From an uncultured bacterium (lineage in GTDB: Bacteria; Zixibacteria; MSB-5A5; GN15; FEB-12): DNA of 64,000 nt. The DNA is taken from contig CBDVDR010000002.1 in NCBI GenBank assembly GCA_965372795.1, positions 248,256-312,255 of the forward strand, read 5' to 3'. Shown in pieces: positions 29,169 to 39,355 of the stretch (the stretch's first letter is position 1; every line of letters starts with the position of its first letter). A program made the translations under genes and the position numbers. The notes under the pieces are model-generated. The model saw only the letters and a program-made list of their open reading frames with translations, made no database searches and had not been told where the DNA came from.

Positions 29169-30590
29169 TTAGTTTTGCGGTAAAATTATTGTTACCGTTG
29201 TTCCTTTATCAACTTGTGAAGAAATTTTCACCTGACCGTTTAATTCATTTACTACTTTTTCAACCATCGCCAGACCCAGTCCGGTTCCTTCTTTACGGGT
29301 AGTAAAATATGGCATCCGGGCTGTTTTTAGTGTGTCCGATGACATCCCGCAACCCTGATCGGAAACATCAATTCTGATTTCGTCTGTTGACTGTCTCAGA
29401 GAAATCTCTATTTTATTCCCCGGCGAAGTAGCTTCAATAGCATTCTTTAACAAATTGTGAATGACCTCGCGAAAATAAGTTATATCAATATCAGCGTCTA
29501 CATTGCTCTCTGGAAGGTTTAACAAAAACTGATATTCGGACAATTGTTCTTTATATAAATCTGATAATGATTTAATCAATTCGTTTAGATTGGTTTTTTC
29601 AAGTTTGGGCGGGGGAAGCTTCGCCAGTTGCGAAAATCTATCTGCAAGTTCCTTTAGATGTTTTATCTCTTCAGAAGCCGCAGTTAAGGAATCTTTATAT
29701 AATTCGTAATTACCTTTATCCTTTAAAGATTTTTCAATTTGGTACAAAGATATTATAATCGGCTGCAAAGGATTTTTAAGTTCGTGTGCAAAACGTCTTG
29801 CAATATTCCGCCAGGCGGCAACTCGTTCGGTTTGAGAAAGGCGAATCGTCGTTGACTCAAGTTTGGAAGCCATGGTATTAAAAGAATCAATCAATGATTG
29901 AATTTCTCCCGATGATGATGATTCGACCCGATGGTCAAAATCACCATCAGCAATTCGTGATGAGGCCACACTCAGGGCGTTGATCGGTTCGGAGAGATTT
30001 GAGGCAATCTTTTTTGAGAAGAAATAGGCCAGCACCAGAGTTGAGCTGATTAGGAAAATAAATATTACAGCAATAAATGTTATATAGGTAACCTTTAGCT
30101 GTGAATTGGATTTTGTAATTGATCGATTAATCTGAAAGGAATTCTGAAGATCAATAAACCTTTGGTCGTGAACATAACCGCCCCAGATTTTTGCTGAATC
30201 ACTTTTAATTACCGCATATTGAATAATGACCGAATCAAAATTAAAAAACCCACCTTCAACATCATTAGATTTTAAAATCAGGTTTTTAATTTTGGAAGTT
30301 TTGATTGACGGGTGAATTTTTAAGATGTCAATTGAATCGTTCTTTTGAATTATGCAAAAATCAAGATTCGTCAGGGAATGGTCTTCATATGTCAGCTTCG
30401 TTTGAATTTGATCAAATATAAATTGATTATAATATTCAGTTACGTCTTCAACCGGAAAATCTGTTTTATCGCTGATAATTTCGCTGGTTTCTAAAATCAG
30501 GTAATATCCTGCTATGGCAAGCAGCACTGATGGAATCAAAGAAAATAATAGAAATAACTTAAAAAGCTTTTTCCCGAATAATGAAATCAT
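29169..30590 (-). CDS. HAMP-domain sensor histidine kinase (NtrY-like)
   Basis: Two TM helices, HAMP, AAWRNIARRFAHELKNPL and GTGLGL. Confidence 0.92.
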   Translation of the reverse strand: MISLFGKKLFKLFLLFSLIPSVLLAIAGYYLILETSEIISDKTDFPVEDVTEYYNQFIFDQIQTKLTYEDHSLTNLDFCIIQKNDSIDILKIHPSIKTSKIKNLILKSNDVEGGFFNFDSVIIQYAVIKSDSAKIWGGYVHDQRFIDLQNSFQINRSITKSNSQLKVTYITFIAVIFIFLISSTLVLAYFFSKKIASNLSEPINALSVASSRIADGDFDHRVESSSSGEIQSLIDSFNTMASKLESTTIRLSQTERVAAWRNIARRFAHELKNPLQPIIISLYQIEKSLKDKGNYELYKDSLTAASEEIKHLKELADRFSQLAKLPPPKLEKTNLNELIKSLSDLYKEQLSEYQFLLNLPESNVDADIDITYFREVIHNLLKNAIEATSPGNKIEISLRQSTDEIRIDVSDQGCGMSSDTLKTARMPYFTTRKEGTGLGLAMVEKVVNELNGQVKISSQVDKGTTVTIILPQN

Positions 30591-31159
30591 TATTTACCAC
30601 GGTATAAACGATTATAATCACTCATAGCATGAATATGCGACTCAAAAGCAATTTTGTCCGGTAGATCATCAAGATGAAAATATTTTACCTCAAGAGCATC
30701 ATCACAAGCTTTTAGCTCTCCGCCAATTCTATTGGCAAGATATAAAATCAACAAAGCGTTCACGCGGGGATCATCATTTCCAGAATATATTTCAAATAGG
30801 GAAGTAATCTCAATATCAAGATTTGTCTCTTCCTTTAATTCACGAACGCAGGTTTCAGTTGGATGTTCATGCCATTCCATAAACCCTGCCGGAATACACC
30901 ACCAGTTAATTTTTGGAGGATGGGCTCTTTTCACAAGCAGGATTTTATGATCCTCAACAATAATTGCTCCCGCAGCAGGAACCGGATTTTGATAAAAAAT
31001 AAAATCACAGCCATCGGCTCCACATGCCATTCGGTTGACCCCATCATGAAATATTTCATTGAGATCATTGCCGCACCGCGGGCAAATTTTATAGCCGCAA
31101 TGATTATCTTTCCGTTTGAATAGTGTATCAGCGTCGAAATTATTAAAATTTTCAGTCAT
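30590..31159 (-). CDS. NUDIX hydrolase with N-terminal zinc ribbon
   Basis: CPRCG...CGADGC and Nudix box GFMEWHEHPTETCVRELKEETNL. Confidence 0.92.
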   Translation of the reverse strand: MTENFNNFDADTLFKRKDNHCGYKICPRCGNDLNEIFHDGVNRMACGADGCDFIFYQNPVPAAGAIIVEDHKILLVKRAHPPKINWWCIPAGFMEWHEHPTETCVRELKEETNLDIEITSLFEIYSGNDDPRVNALLILYLANRIGGELKACDDALEVKYFHLDDLPDKIAFESHIHAMSDYNRLYRGK

Positions 31160-31160
31160 T

Positions 31161-33410
31161 CTAACCTATGCCATTATTCATTTTAAGGGCTATTATTGTA
31201 GTATCATCTCGGGGTGGATCGGTCGGGTCATAGGCTCTGACATCAGAGAGAATATTATCAACCAGTTCTCCCGGGGGAAGATTACGGTTTTGATTAAGAA
31301 ATTTATGAATCCGCTCTTCGGTATATTCTTCTTCAGCCTCGTTCATAGCTTCGGAGAGTCCGTCAGTGAAGAGGAAAAGTAAATCATCTGAGTTCAATAC
31401 AATCTTGTCTGACTCATATTCCATCCCGGGCAGAGCGCCTATAATTGCGCCGCCGGTTTTCAGCAGTTCTATAGATCCATCAGACCTGACCAGCACCGGG
31501 TAATTATGACCGGCATTGGAATAATGGAACTCATTCGTCTTGGTGTTGATCTCACCATAAAAGAGAGTGACATATTTTTCCGATGAAGTCGAATTGACCA
31601 TTTGCTGGTTAACATTTTTAAGCATCGTTACAATTGAATTTCCATTATTTATTTCACTGCGGATAATTGCCTGAATCAAGGCTATCATCAAAGCAGCGGG
31701 CATGCCTTTGCCGGAAGCATCAGCGATCAAGACTCCAATTCGATCTTCGGAAATATGTATGAAATCATAAAAATCTCCCCCGATGGTACGAGATGGAGTC
31801 GAGTGAACTGATATTTTAGAACAATCCAATGTGGGCGGGGAAGAGGGAATTAAATCAAGCTGAATCTGTCTCGCCATTGAAACTTCTTCTTGAAGACGGA
31901 TTCTCTCAAGAGAGTCACTGTATAATCGGGCATTTGTTAACGCCGATACCATCTGATTCGAAAGAACCCCCAGTAAATTCATGTCTTCTGAGGAATATCT
32001 GTAACCGGTTAACTTATTAGTTAAGGCCAGGAAACCAAGAAGATGTTTCGAGTCTTTCATTGGCAGGATTAAGCGAATGTTTTTCTCTTGAAGAATTTCT
32101 GCCAATTCTGAACCATCACTATAAATAGACAGGGTTGAATAGTCTGTTGGCTTGTCGAGTAAATTGATTCCCCTTAACATCAGATCGTCACGTTTAATAA
32201 CTTTTCTTCTGGTTATGTCTTCTGATGGTAAAACGGCATACTCATTTACTTCATCATCAAACAACACAAAATAAACTCGCTCAACCAAAAGAGATACTTT
32301 CAGAGTCTCTTCAATCGTTTGCTGGAGCTGTTTGGAATTAAACTGTGAGATTACTTGGCGAGAGAACCGTTCCAAAACATTTCTATGATCGGTTCGAGCC
32401 CTGATAAATAGAGATTTTATGAAATTATCGATCCAGTTATTGATTGGTTGAAATAGAAGAAGAATAAATATAATAAAAGCATAGCTTATTAATTCTGCCT
32501 GATTTCCAAATAGGGGCGTTAAAAACTTTTTAGATTGAACTACTAATAATATATAAGTGCCAACCAGTATTGCAGAAGTAATTGTATATACAAAAGATTG
32601 TCTGAAAACCAAGCGTACATCGAGGAACTGGTGTCTGATAGTTGCAAAGATAAAAAATCCCGATCCGATGAACATGGCAAGAATCATCAAAATTTCTGCA
32701 TACTCGTTTGGAATTCGGTAAGAAATTACATTTCTGCCAAGTTGTGCAATTATAAATAATCCCAGACCAATTCTTGTTCCCCAAAGAACAACTTTGGTCT
32801 GTGATAATAAGCGCGGATTGGTGATACATGTTTTCCCTGATTCAAGAAAGTATATCCCAACAGATACATAAAACAGATTTAAAATGCCAAAGATTTTCAA
32901 ATGATATGAATGAACCGTACTTATCAATAAAAACAGCCACGAAAATAGTTTTGAGATTGGTTTCAAAATAAGAGCTGAAAAGTTTTCGTTATCAGGCTGG
33001 ACACTCAATGAAGTTAAAAAATTAGTTAGCTGATCGAAGGTTAACATTAATAATAAATGAAGGACTGCCGGAATAAAAACCAAATAGAGTAAGCGGGGAT
33101 GTTTGAATTGTTTGAAACGGTCAACCGGATAAATCCAGGAAAATACCAGCAGGAAGGGGAAGAAAAATTCCCATAGATAAAAGAGATTGTACATGGCAGT
33201 ATTTTCAAAATTGCTCATGACAACTGAAGATTGATCCAAGACCGTACCCAATGCCATAAATATTGGACCAATACCGGCAAAACAAAGCATAGCTCCGGTA
33301 ATTCGATTCAAACGACTTGAAAAATTATCTCTGGTCAGGGTAATGGCCAGAAATATCATGAAGCCGCCGGACAAAAAGTATAGTATTGTTTTTATCAATT
33401 CAAAATTCAT
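31161..33410 (-). CDS. Membrane-bound GAF-SpoIIE (PP2C, RsbU-like) phosphatase
   Basis: Multi-TM N-terminus, GAF, GGDFYD, ADASGKG, FTDGLSE and DDTT. Confidence 0.92.
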   Translation of the reverse strand: MNFELIKTILYFLSGGFMIFLAITLTRDNFSSRLNRITGAMLCFAGIGPIFMALGTVLDQSSVVMSNFENTAMYNLFYLWEFFFPFLLVFSWIYPVDRFKQFKHPRLLYLVFIPAVLHLLLMLTFDQLTNFLTSLSVQPDNENFSALILKPISKLFSWLFLLISTVHSYHLKIFGILNLFYVSVGIYFLESGKTCITNPRLLSQTKVVLWGTRIGLGLFIIAQLGRNVISYRIPNEYAEILMILAMFIGSGFFIFATIRHQFLDVRLVFRQSFVYTITSAILVGTYILLVVQSKKFLTPLFGNQAELISYAFIIFILLLFQPINNWIDNFIKSLFIRARTDHRNVLERFSRQVISQFNSKQLQQTIEETLKVSLLVERVYFVLFDDEVNEYAVLPSEDITRRKVIKRDDLMLRGINLLDKPTDYSTLSIYSDGSELAEILQEKNIRLILPMKDSKHLLGFLALTNKLTGYRYSSEDMNLLGVLSNQMVSALTNARLYSDSLERIRLQEEVSMARQIQLDLIPSSPPTLDCSKISVHSTPSRTIGGDFYDFIHISEDRIGVLIADASGKGMPAALMIALIQAIIRSEINNGNSIVTMLKNVNQQMVNSTSSEKYVTLFYGEINTKTNEFHYSNAGHNYPVLVRSDGSIELLKTGGAIIGALPGMEYESDKIVLNSDDLLFLFTDGLSEAMNEAEEEYTEERIHKFLNQNRNLPPGELVDNILSDVRAYDPTDPPRDDTTIIALKMNNGIG

Positions 33411-33435
33411 TGATCAAACCAGAAAGGGTGATTGT

Positions 33436-33855
33436 TTAGATAGCTTTTTGGATAGTTATTATTGTTCCATCGTCAGTTGAATTAAATTCAACTTCATCCA
33501 TAAGCGATTTAACGATGAAGATACCTCTGCCGACCTCTTTCAAAAGATTTTCATCAGCAATAGGGTCTTCAATATTTTCAGGATTAAATCCTTTTCCGTT
33601 ATCTCTAACCGAGATTTTGACATAACCGGATTTATTTCCGATTTCTACCAGAACATTACTTTCGATGTCGGATTTATTTCCATGACGCATGGCATTGTTA
33701 ACCAACTCTGACACAGATATTGCAATATCTGCAATTACTGATTCATCTGCGCCATAGCCTCGTAGAATGCCTTCAATGAAAACATCGACGTCATTTAAAT
33801 ACTCCGGATCAGAAGGTACTGAAATTGTATTGCCTGAAATAACAGGTTTTTTCAT
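33436..33855 (-). CDS. rsbW: Anti-sigma factor serine kinase (RsbW family)
   Basis: SELVNNAMRHGN, VRDNGKGF and GRGIFIV. Confidence 0.88.
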   Translation of the reverse strand: MKKPVISGNTISVPSDPEYLNDVDVFIEGILRGYGADESVIADIAISVSELVNNAMRHGNKSDIESNVLVEIGNKSGYVKISVRDNGKGFNPENIEDPIADENLLKEVGRGIFIVKSLMDEVEFNSTDDGTIITIQKAI

Positions 33856-33869
33856 TCTTAGCTGCTCCT

Positions 33870-33898
33870 AAAAAACAGGCAGGCTTTTTAGTCCTGCC
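33870..33898 (-). terminator. Possible internal terminator/attenuator between rsbV and rsbW
   Basis: Minus strand GGCAGG-ACTAAAAAG-CCTGCC-TG-TTTTTT. Confidence 0.45.
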
Positions 33899-33926
33899 GA
33901 ATTATGTAATTATCAAAGTTACTATT

Positions 33927-34262
33927 TTAAAAAGATTTTATGGCATTTTCTATCGTATCATGAGTTTCAAAAACCTTATTAAGTTTCGTAATTGTCAAAA
34001 GTGATTGGATTTTATCTGTTACGTTGGCTAATTTCAATTCACCTGAATTATTTTTCAAGGTTGTATAACTTGAAATAAGAATACCAAGTCCGGTAGAGTT
34101 CATCCATTCCACTTTTCCCAAATCGATAATAATTTTAGTCATATCTCTTTCGATATATTCATGAAGTTTATCATGAAGTAGGGTGGCATCAGGTCCGCCC
34201 ATTATCTTGCCTTTTGGCTCAAGAATGACAATTCCATCCTGTTCCCGGTCGGTTAATCTCAT
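33927..34262 (-). CDS. rsbV: STAS anti-sigma factor antagonist (RsbV/SpoIIAA family)
   Basis: IDLGKVEWMNSTGLG phospho-Ser motif; 111 aa. Confidence 0.9.
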   Translation of the reverse strand: MRLTDREQDGIVILEPKGKIMGGPDATLLHDKLHEYIERDMTKIIIDLGKVEWMNSTGLGILISSYTTLKNNSGELKLANVTDKIQSLLTITKLNKVFETHDTIENAIKSF

Positions 34263-34493
34263 ATTTTGTTAAACCTCCACAAGGTTGTGATATTAGTTAT
34301 TACGTCTATTATACATAACTGTTCCCGAGTAAATTTGGATCACTATTAAGTTAATAAAATAACTCAATAGAATTCAATATTTAATACGACTTATTTACCT
34401 AAGTTGTTAATTAGCTTAATATTGGGATAAGTGTCAAGTTTTTTCCTTGACACTTTAGGCTCTAAAATTGAATGGATTTATTTGTCTGATTTA

Positions 34494-34931
34494 TTAAATT
34501 GCAATCTTGTTGGTCTTGCCATCGATTGGTTTATACTGTAAGGCTTTTGTCGGACAGAAATGAGCACAAACCGGATCACCCCCACAAAGGTCACATTTGA
34601 CCACTTGTTCATTTTGATCATCAATAATTGAGCAGCCAAACGGACAAGCCGCCACGCAAGCCATGCAATTAACACACATTTCTCTGTTTAATTCGATTGC
34701 GCCTGTAACTGGATTCCGCTTAAGGGCATTTACCAAACATGATTTCACACAGGCAGCATCATCGCATTGCAAGCAGGTTACTGGCACCCATAATTCTTTG
34801 TGACCGGTTTCAAGCGGATAGATACGGCTTTTGCCGGGTTTGCCGTTTTCTGAGTGAGTAAAGGCACAGGCTAATTCACAAGTTCGGCAACCGGTGCAAA
34901 CATCAGGATTTATTATAAAACTGGCTTTCAT
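34494..34931 (-). CDS. 4x[4Fe-4S] electron-transfer protein (CooF/HydN/DmsB-like)
   Basis: CTGCRTCELAC, CLQCDDAACVKSC, CVNCMACVAAC and CDLCGGDPVCAHFC; ATGA overlap with the upstream gene. Confidence 0.9.
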   Translation of the reverse strand: MKASFIINPDVCTGCRTCELACAFTHSENGKPGKSRIYPLETGHKELWVPVTCLQCDDAACVKSCLVNALKRNPVTGAIELNREMCVNCMACVAACPFGCSIIDDQNEQVVKCDLCGGDPVCAHFCPTKALQYKPIDGKTNKIAI

Positions 34932-35704
34932 GATCTTGCCTCTCTTGTCCATACGGCTATTTTCCCCATATCTTTTGCTGTCTGTTTTCGGTGACAGTCA
35001 TCACAAACTTCAAAATATTCAGCCGGAATATCTCTGTTTTTTGCCAGATAGTCGGCAAATTCTTTGGTAATCGTTTTCTTCCCGCAGGTTTTACAAACAA
35101 TTAGTTCGAATTTCTTATTCCAAATAATTCGAGAATCACCTTTGTCTTCAAATTCAATAAAATTTGTCGGGCAATTTAAAGCACAGCTCAAACATCCGGT
35201 GCAATCAGGAGGAGCCTCATTAAGGGGAGGGGCAACCGTTTTCCCATGACCACGACCAACCAGTGAGATAGCATGAAAGCCCATTTGATCACATATTCGT
35301 GTACAAATTCCACATAAAGTACAATTATCACCATCGGGAATAGTTTCGAAACTTGTTTCTGTAACGCCGTACTCTTCAGCCAGTTCTTTGATCTCAGGCG
35401 AATTCGGATGACGGGCAACGTACAGATCGAGAATCGTCTTGCGCATCTGATTGACTTTAGGCGTATGAGTGCTGACAATTAAATCAGCTTCAACGGGGTA
35501 GAGGCATGAAGTTACATGTTTTGTCCAGCCATCCCAGTCTTTTTTTGTGATCTCGACCATGCAAAGACGGCAGGCTCCGTATGGTTCCACAGCGTCATGC
35601 TGACAAAGAGCAGGAACATCAATGCCTTCTCTTCTGAGAACCTTGAGAAGCATCTCGCCTTCTTCGGCGTGAAAAATCTTACCATTTATAGTTATTCGAA
35701 CCAT
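34928..35704 (-). CDS. [2Fe-2S]/2x[4Fe-4S] protein, NuoG/HydA N-terminal-like, with no catalytic domain
   Basis: LCQH..GACRLC..TSC, CTLCGICTRIC, CTGCLSCALNC and C-terminal CKTC...CDDC; 258 aa. Confidence 0.88.
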   Translation of the reverse strand: MVRITINGKIFHAEEGEMLLKVLRREGIDVPALCQHDAVEPYGACRLCMVEITKKDWDGWTKHVTSCLYPVEADLIVSTHTPKVNQMRKTILDLYVARHPNSPEIKELAEEYGVTETSFETIPDGDNCTLCGICTRICDQMGFHAISLVGRGHGKTVAPPLNEAPPDCTGCLSCALNCPTNFIEFEDKGDSRIIWNKKFELIVCKTCGKKTITKEFADYLAKNRDIPAEYFEVCDDCHRKQTAKDMGKIAVWTREARS

Positions 35705-35713
35705 TCAAAACTC

Positions 35714-37567
35714 CTAATTAATTTCGATCGCATCAAAGTTGCAAACCGCAAAACAAGCTCCGCATTGAGTACATAAATTCTGATCTATGACATGCAGTTC
35801 TTTTTTATTACCGGTAATCGCATCAACAGCACAGACCGGTTTACAAGCGGTACAGCCATTACAATTATCCAAGATTTCATAAGTTACCAAATCCCGACAA
35901 ACACCAGCCGGGCATTTTTTATCTTTTATATGAGTAAGATATTCATCTTTGAAATAGCGAAGAGTACTCATAATAGGGTTCGGACCGGATTTACCTAAGC
36001 CACACAATGATCCAAGAATTATATTTTCAGAGAGTTGTTCAATTTTATCCAAATCTTCAACTTCGCCGCGACCTTCACAAATTTTGGTCGTTAATTTCAA
36101 CAGTTGGAACAAACCTTCACGACAGGGAACACATTTACCGCATGATTCCGAAACTAAAAATTCCAGAAAATATTTAGCGACATCAACCATACAGGTACGG
36201 TCGTCAAGTACAATCATGCCACCGGAACCCATCATTGAGCCGGCATCGGTCAATGTATCAAAATCTACCGGTAAATCTAATTTGTCAGCCGGAAGACAGC
36301 CACCCGATGGTCCACCGGTTTGCACCGCTTTGAACGGACGACCATCTATTATGCCGCCACCTATATCATAAATTATTTCACGCAAAGTGATACCCATTGG
36401 AACTTCAATCAAACCGGTATTTCTAACTTTCCCTACTAATGAAAATACTTTTGTGCCGCTGCTTTTAGGAGTACCTATTTTTTTATACCAGTCAGCCCCT
36501 TTGTCAATTATTATGGGGACATTAACCAAAGTTTCAACATTATTCAAAACAGTTGGTTGGTCATAAAGACCTTTGACTACTGATCTGACATATTTAGCTC
36601 TTGGTTCACCTATTTCACCGGCAACCGATTTCATCAGAGCCGAAGATTCACCACAAACAAAAGCTCCGGCGCCTCGGGCAATCTTGATTGAAAATGAAAA
36701 AGCAGTTTTTAAGATATTGTCGCCTAACAAGCCAAATTTCTCACAATCAATTATGGCTTTTTCAAGGTGGGTTACTGCCAGAGGGTATTCCTCTCTTACA
36801 TAAATATAACCTTGTTTGGCACCGATAGCATAAGCAGCAATCATCATACCTTCTAAAACAGCATGCGGATCACCTTCCATAATACTCCGGTCCATGAATG
36901 CCCCGGGATCGCCTTCGTCACCATTACAAATCACATAATGTGATTCAGCTTCAATATCTTTACAAATTTTCCATTTTCTGCCGGCCGAGAAACCACCGCC
37001 GCCTCTTCCACGCAATCCGGAATCGGTGATCTCTTTAACAACTTCGTCCTGAGACATTTTGGTGAGAGCTTTAGTCAGTCCTTTATAGCCACCGACGGCT
37101 ATATATTCTTCAATGCTATGAGCAGATATTTTACCGAGATTTTTCAATGCGATACGTTTTTGATGTTTGAAAAAAGAAATGTCGTTGTAGTTGGCTATTT
37201 TTTCATTGTTAACCGGATTGGTGAAAAGTAATTTTTCAATGATTTCATCTTTTTTGATCGATTTTTCAATGATTTCTTCAATATCTTTAGTTTTTACTTT
37301 AGAATAAAAAGTTCCTTCCGGTTCAATAACAACCAGTGGACCTTGCTCGCAGAAACCATGGCAACCGGTTTCTTTAAGAGCTTCAACAGTAAATCCTTTA
37401 ATCTTATGCTTTTTCAAGTTATCCCGGAAACTATCAACCAGATTTAACGCACCATTGGCAATGCATCCGGTACCACAACACACCATAATTTTTTTGGGAA
37501 ATTGGTCTTGTTGGGTGAGATACTCTTTCCGCCTTTTATTCAATTCTTTAGGATTAGCAATATACAT
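35714..37567 (-). CDS. NADH/FMN-binding subunit, HydB/BfuB-type (NuoF homologue with extra Fe-S domains)
   Basis: N-terminal CCGTGC..GCHGFC, GLRGRGGGGF, DEGDPGAFMDR, SCGKCVPCREG, HIKDKKCPAGVC and C-terminal 2x[4Fe-4S]. Confidence 0.92.
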   Translation of the reverse strand: MYIANPKELNKRRKEYLTQQDQFPKKIMVCCGTGCIANGALNLVDSFRDNLKKHKIKGFTVEALKETGCHGFCEQGPLVVIEPEGTFYSKVKTKDIEEIIEKSIKKDEIIEKLLFTNPVNNEKIANYNDISFFKHQKRIALKNLGKISAHSIEEYIAVGGYKGLTKALTKMSQDEVVKEITDSGLRGRGGGGFSAGRKWKICKDIEAESHYVICNGDEGDPGAFMDRSIMEGDPHAVLEGMMIAAYAIGAKQGYIYVREEYPLAVTHLEKAIIDCEKFGLLGDNILKTAFSFSIKIARGAGAFVCGESSALMKSVAGEIGEPRAKYVRSVVKGLYDQPTVLNNVETLVNVPIIIDKGADWYKKIGTPKSSGTKVFSLVGKVRNTGLIEVPMGITLREIIYDIGGGIIDGRPFKAVQTGGPSGGCLPADKLDLPVDFDTLTDAGSMMGSGGMIVLDDRTCMVDVAKYFLEFLVSESCGKCVPCREGLFQLLKLTTKICEGRGEVEDLDKIEQLSENIILGSLCGLGKSGPNPIMSTLRYFKDEYLTHIKDKKCPAGVCRDLVTYEILDNCNGCTACKPVCAVDAITGNKKELHVIDQNLCTQCGACFAVCNFDAIEIN

Positions 37568-37568
37568 A

Positions 37569-38024
37569 CTATTTAGCCCTTAATAGTTTCTTAACATTAC
37601 TGACTTTAACCGACCCATGATATTTTTCATTGGTCATAACCACCGGCGCCATAGCGCAAGCTCCTACACAGGCAACCACTTCGATTGTATATTTTTTATC
37701 TTCGCTTGTTTCACCTGCTTTTATCTTGAGGGTAGATTCTAATTGATCCTGAATAAGTTTAGCTCCTCGAATATGACAGGCGGTGCCGATACAGATTTTA
37801 ATAACTGTCTCGCCACGTTCGTTTAAACTGAAAGAATTATAAAAAGTGGAGATTGAAAAAACTTTACTCAATGGAATATCGAGTACTTTTGATGTTTCCG
37901 TTAGAGCTTCACAGGGGAGATACTGATATTCTTTTTGAATATCCTGAAGAATCGCAATTAAAGATTCCTGTGATTTGGGATAACGGTCAAAAATTTCAGG
38001 GAGTTTACTGAAATCGTGGTTCAT
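37569..38024 (-). CDS. [2Fe-2S] subunit, HydC/BfuC-type (NuoE homologue)
   Basis: STFYNSF and CIGTAC...CVGAC. Confidence 0.92.
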   Translation of the reverse strand: MNHDFSKLPEIFDRYPKSQESLIAILQDIQKEYQYLPCEALTETSKVLDIPLSKVFSISTFYNSFSLNERGETVIKICIGTACHIRGAKLIQDQLESTLKIKAGETSEDKKYTIEVVACVGACAMAPVVMTNEKYHGSVKVSNVKKLLRAK

Positions 38025-38587
38025 ACTTTTTCCTTCTGAGCCAATGCCTTCTGAGCAAATTTATATCCATCTTTAAAAACAGTAAGGTTCATTTTTAAGA
38101 ATTCTTCTTTATTCCCTAATTTTTCTTTAATCGTTTTAATCATTGTCTCCTGCTTAACAATTTTATATGCAAAAGTAAACGCACCCAGAACGGCAAGGTT
38201 CGAAGCTTTGGGGTTGCCCTCTTTTAAAGCCATCTCATTTGCAGGAATCACGATTTGAGTGATGTCATCCCGTTCTGACTTAACATTGATAAGCGAACCA
38301 TTTATAATCAAAGTTCCACCCGGTTTTACTTTTGATTCAAATTTATCAAACGAAGGACGATTAAAAACACATATACACTGCGGATTATTAATAATCGGCG
38401 ATCCGATTAATGCATCAGAAATTACAACCGTACAATAAGCGGTACCGCCACGCATCTCAGGACCATAAGACGGAATCCAGGCAACCTGTTTACCTTCTTT
38501 AATTCCGGCGTAGGCGAGAAGCTGTCCGGCTGTCATTATCCCTTGTCCGCCGAATCCGGCGAATGTTACCTCAAGCTGACTCACCAT
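38021..38587 (-). CDS. 2-oxoacid:ferredoxin oxidoreductase gamma subunit
   Basis: FAGFGGQG and PSYGPEMRGGTA; ATG at 38587 follows GGAGG. Confidence 0.93.
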   Translation of the reverse strand: MVSQLEVTFAGFGGQGIMTAGQLLAYAGIKEGKQVAWIPSYGPEMRGGTAYCTVVISDALIGSPIINNPQCICVFNRPSFDKFESKVKPGGTLIINGSLINVKSERDDITQIVIPANEMALKEGNPKASNLAVLGAFTFAYKIVKQETMIKTIKEKLGNKEEFLKMNLTVFKDGYKFAQKALAQKEKV

Positions 38588-39347
38588 TGACCTCCGTATC
38601 ATCCGGTTTTTTAAATAATTTTAGCGGGAAGAATTTTAAGAGATTCTTCTCAAGCCACGCTGTTGATTCGTTGGGCGATAAGCCCCAGTTGGTCGGGCAA
38701 GTCGAAATAACTTCTACTAATGAAAAACAGCGACCTTCCTGCTGGTAAGTAAAAGCTCTTTTGATTGCTTTTTTTGCTTTAATAATATGTTGCGGGTCAT
38801 GGACTGAAACTCTTTCAATGTAAGCATCAGTGCCTAAGGTGGCCAGCATCTCAGACATCCGTAATGGTTGTCCGGTTGAAACCGAATCACGCCCGGTTGG
38901 ACAGGTTGTTGTTATCTGTCCGGGAAGGGTTGTCGGTGATTGCTGTCCGCCGGTCATGCCGTAAATCGCATTATTAACAAAAATTGTTGTAAATTTTTCA
39001 CCCCGGTTGGCAGCATGAATTATTTCACTGGTGCCTATTGAAGCTAAATCACCGTCACCCTGATAAGTAAACACAGTCATGTCCGGGTTTAACCGTTTAA
39101 ATCCGGTTGCCAGAGCAGGGGCGCGTCCATGAGGGGCTTCTAAGAAATCGCAGTTAAAATAATTATAAGCCAGAACCGAACATCCAACCGGTGCAACTCC
39201 GACTGTATTCTCACGGACGCCTAATTCATCAAGTGTCTCAGCCACCATGCGATGAATTGTTCCATGAGTACATCCGGGGCAATAGTGAGTGACGTTTTCA
39301 GTCATCGACTCCGGTCGGGCAAAAATTGTATCTGTGTTATTTGCCAT
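38571..39347 (-). CDS. 2-oxoacid:ferredoxin oxidoreductase beta (TPP-binding) subunit, VOR type
   Basis: YCPGCTHG, YQGDGD, NNAIYGMTGGQ and STCPTNW. Confidence 0.94.
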   Translation of the reverse strand: MANNTDTIFARPESMTENVTHYCPGCTHGTIHRMVAETLDELGVRENTVGVAPVGCSVLAYNYFNCDFLEAPHGRAPALATGFKRLNPDMTVFTYQGDGDLASIGTSEIIHAANRGEKFTTIFVNNAIYGMTGGQQSPTTLPGQITTTCPTGRDSVSTGQPLRMSEMLATLGTDAYIERVSVHDPQHIIKAKKAIKRAFTYQQEGRCFSLVEVISTCPTNWGLSPNESTAWLEKNLLKFFPLKLFKKPDDTEVNGESA

Positions 39348-39355
39348 AAATTGCC

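Noticed and set aside
34928..38024. Second complex I nuoEFG, or an [FeFe]-hydrogenase
   Set aside because: The NuoG-like protein is only 258 aa with no H-cluster motifs, and no membrane subunits are adjacent; the NuoF-like protein has HydB-type extra domains
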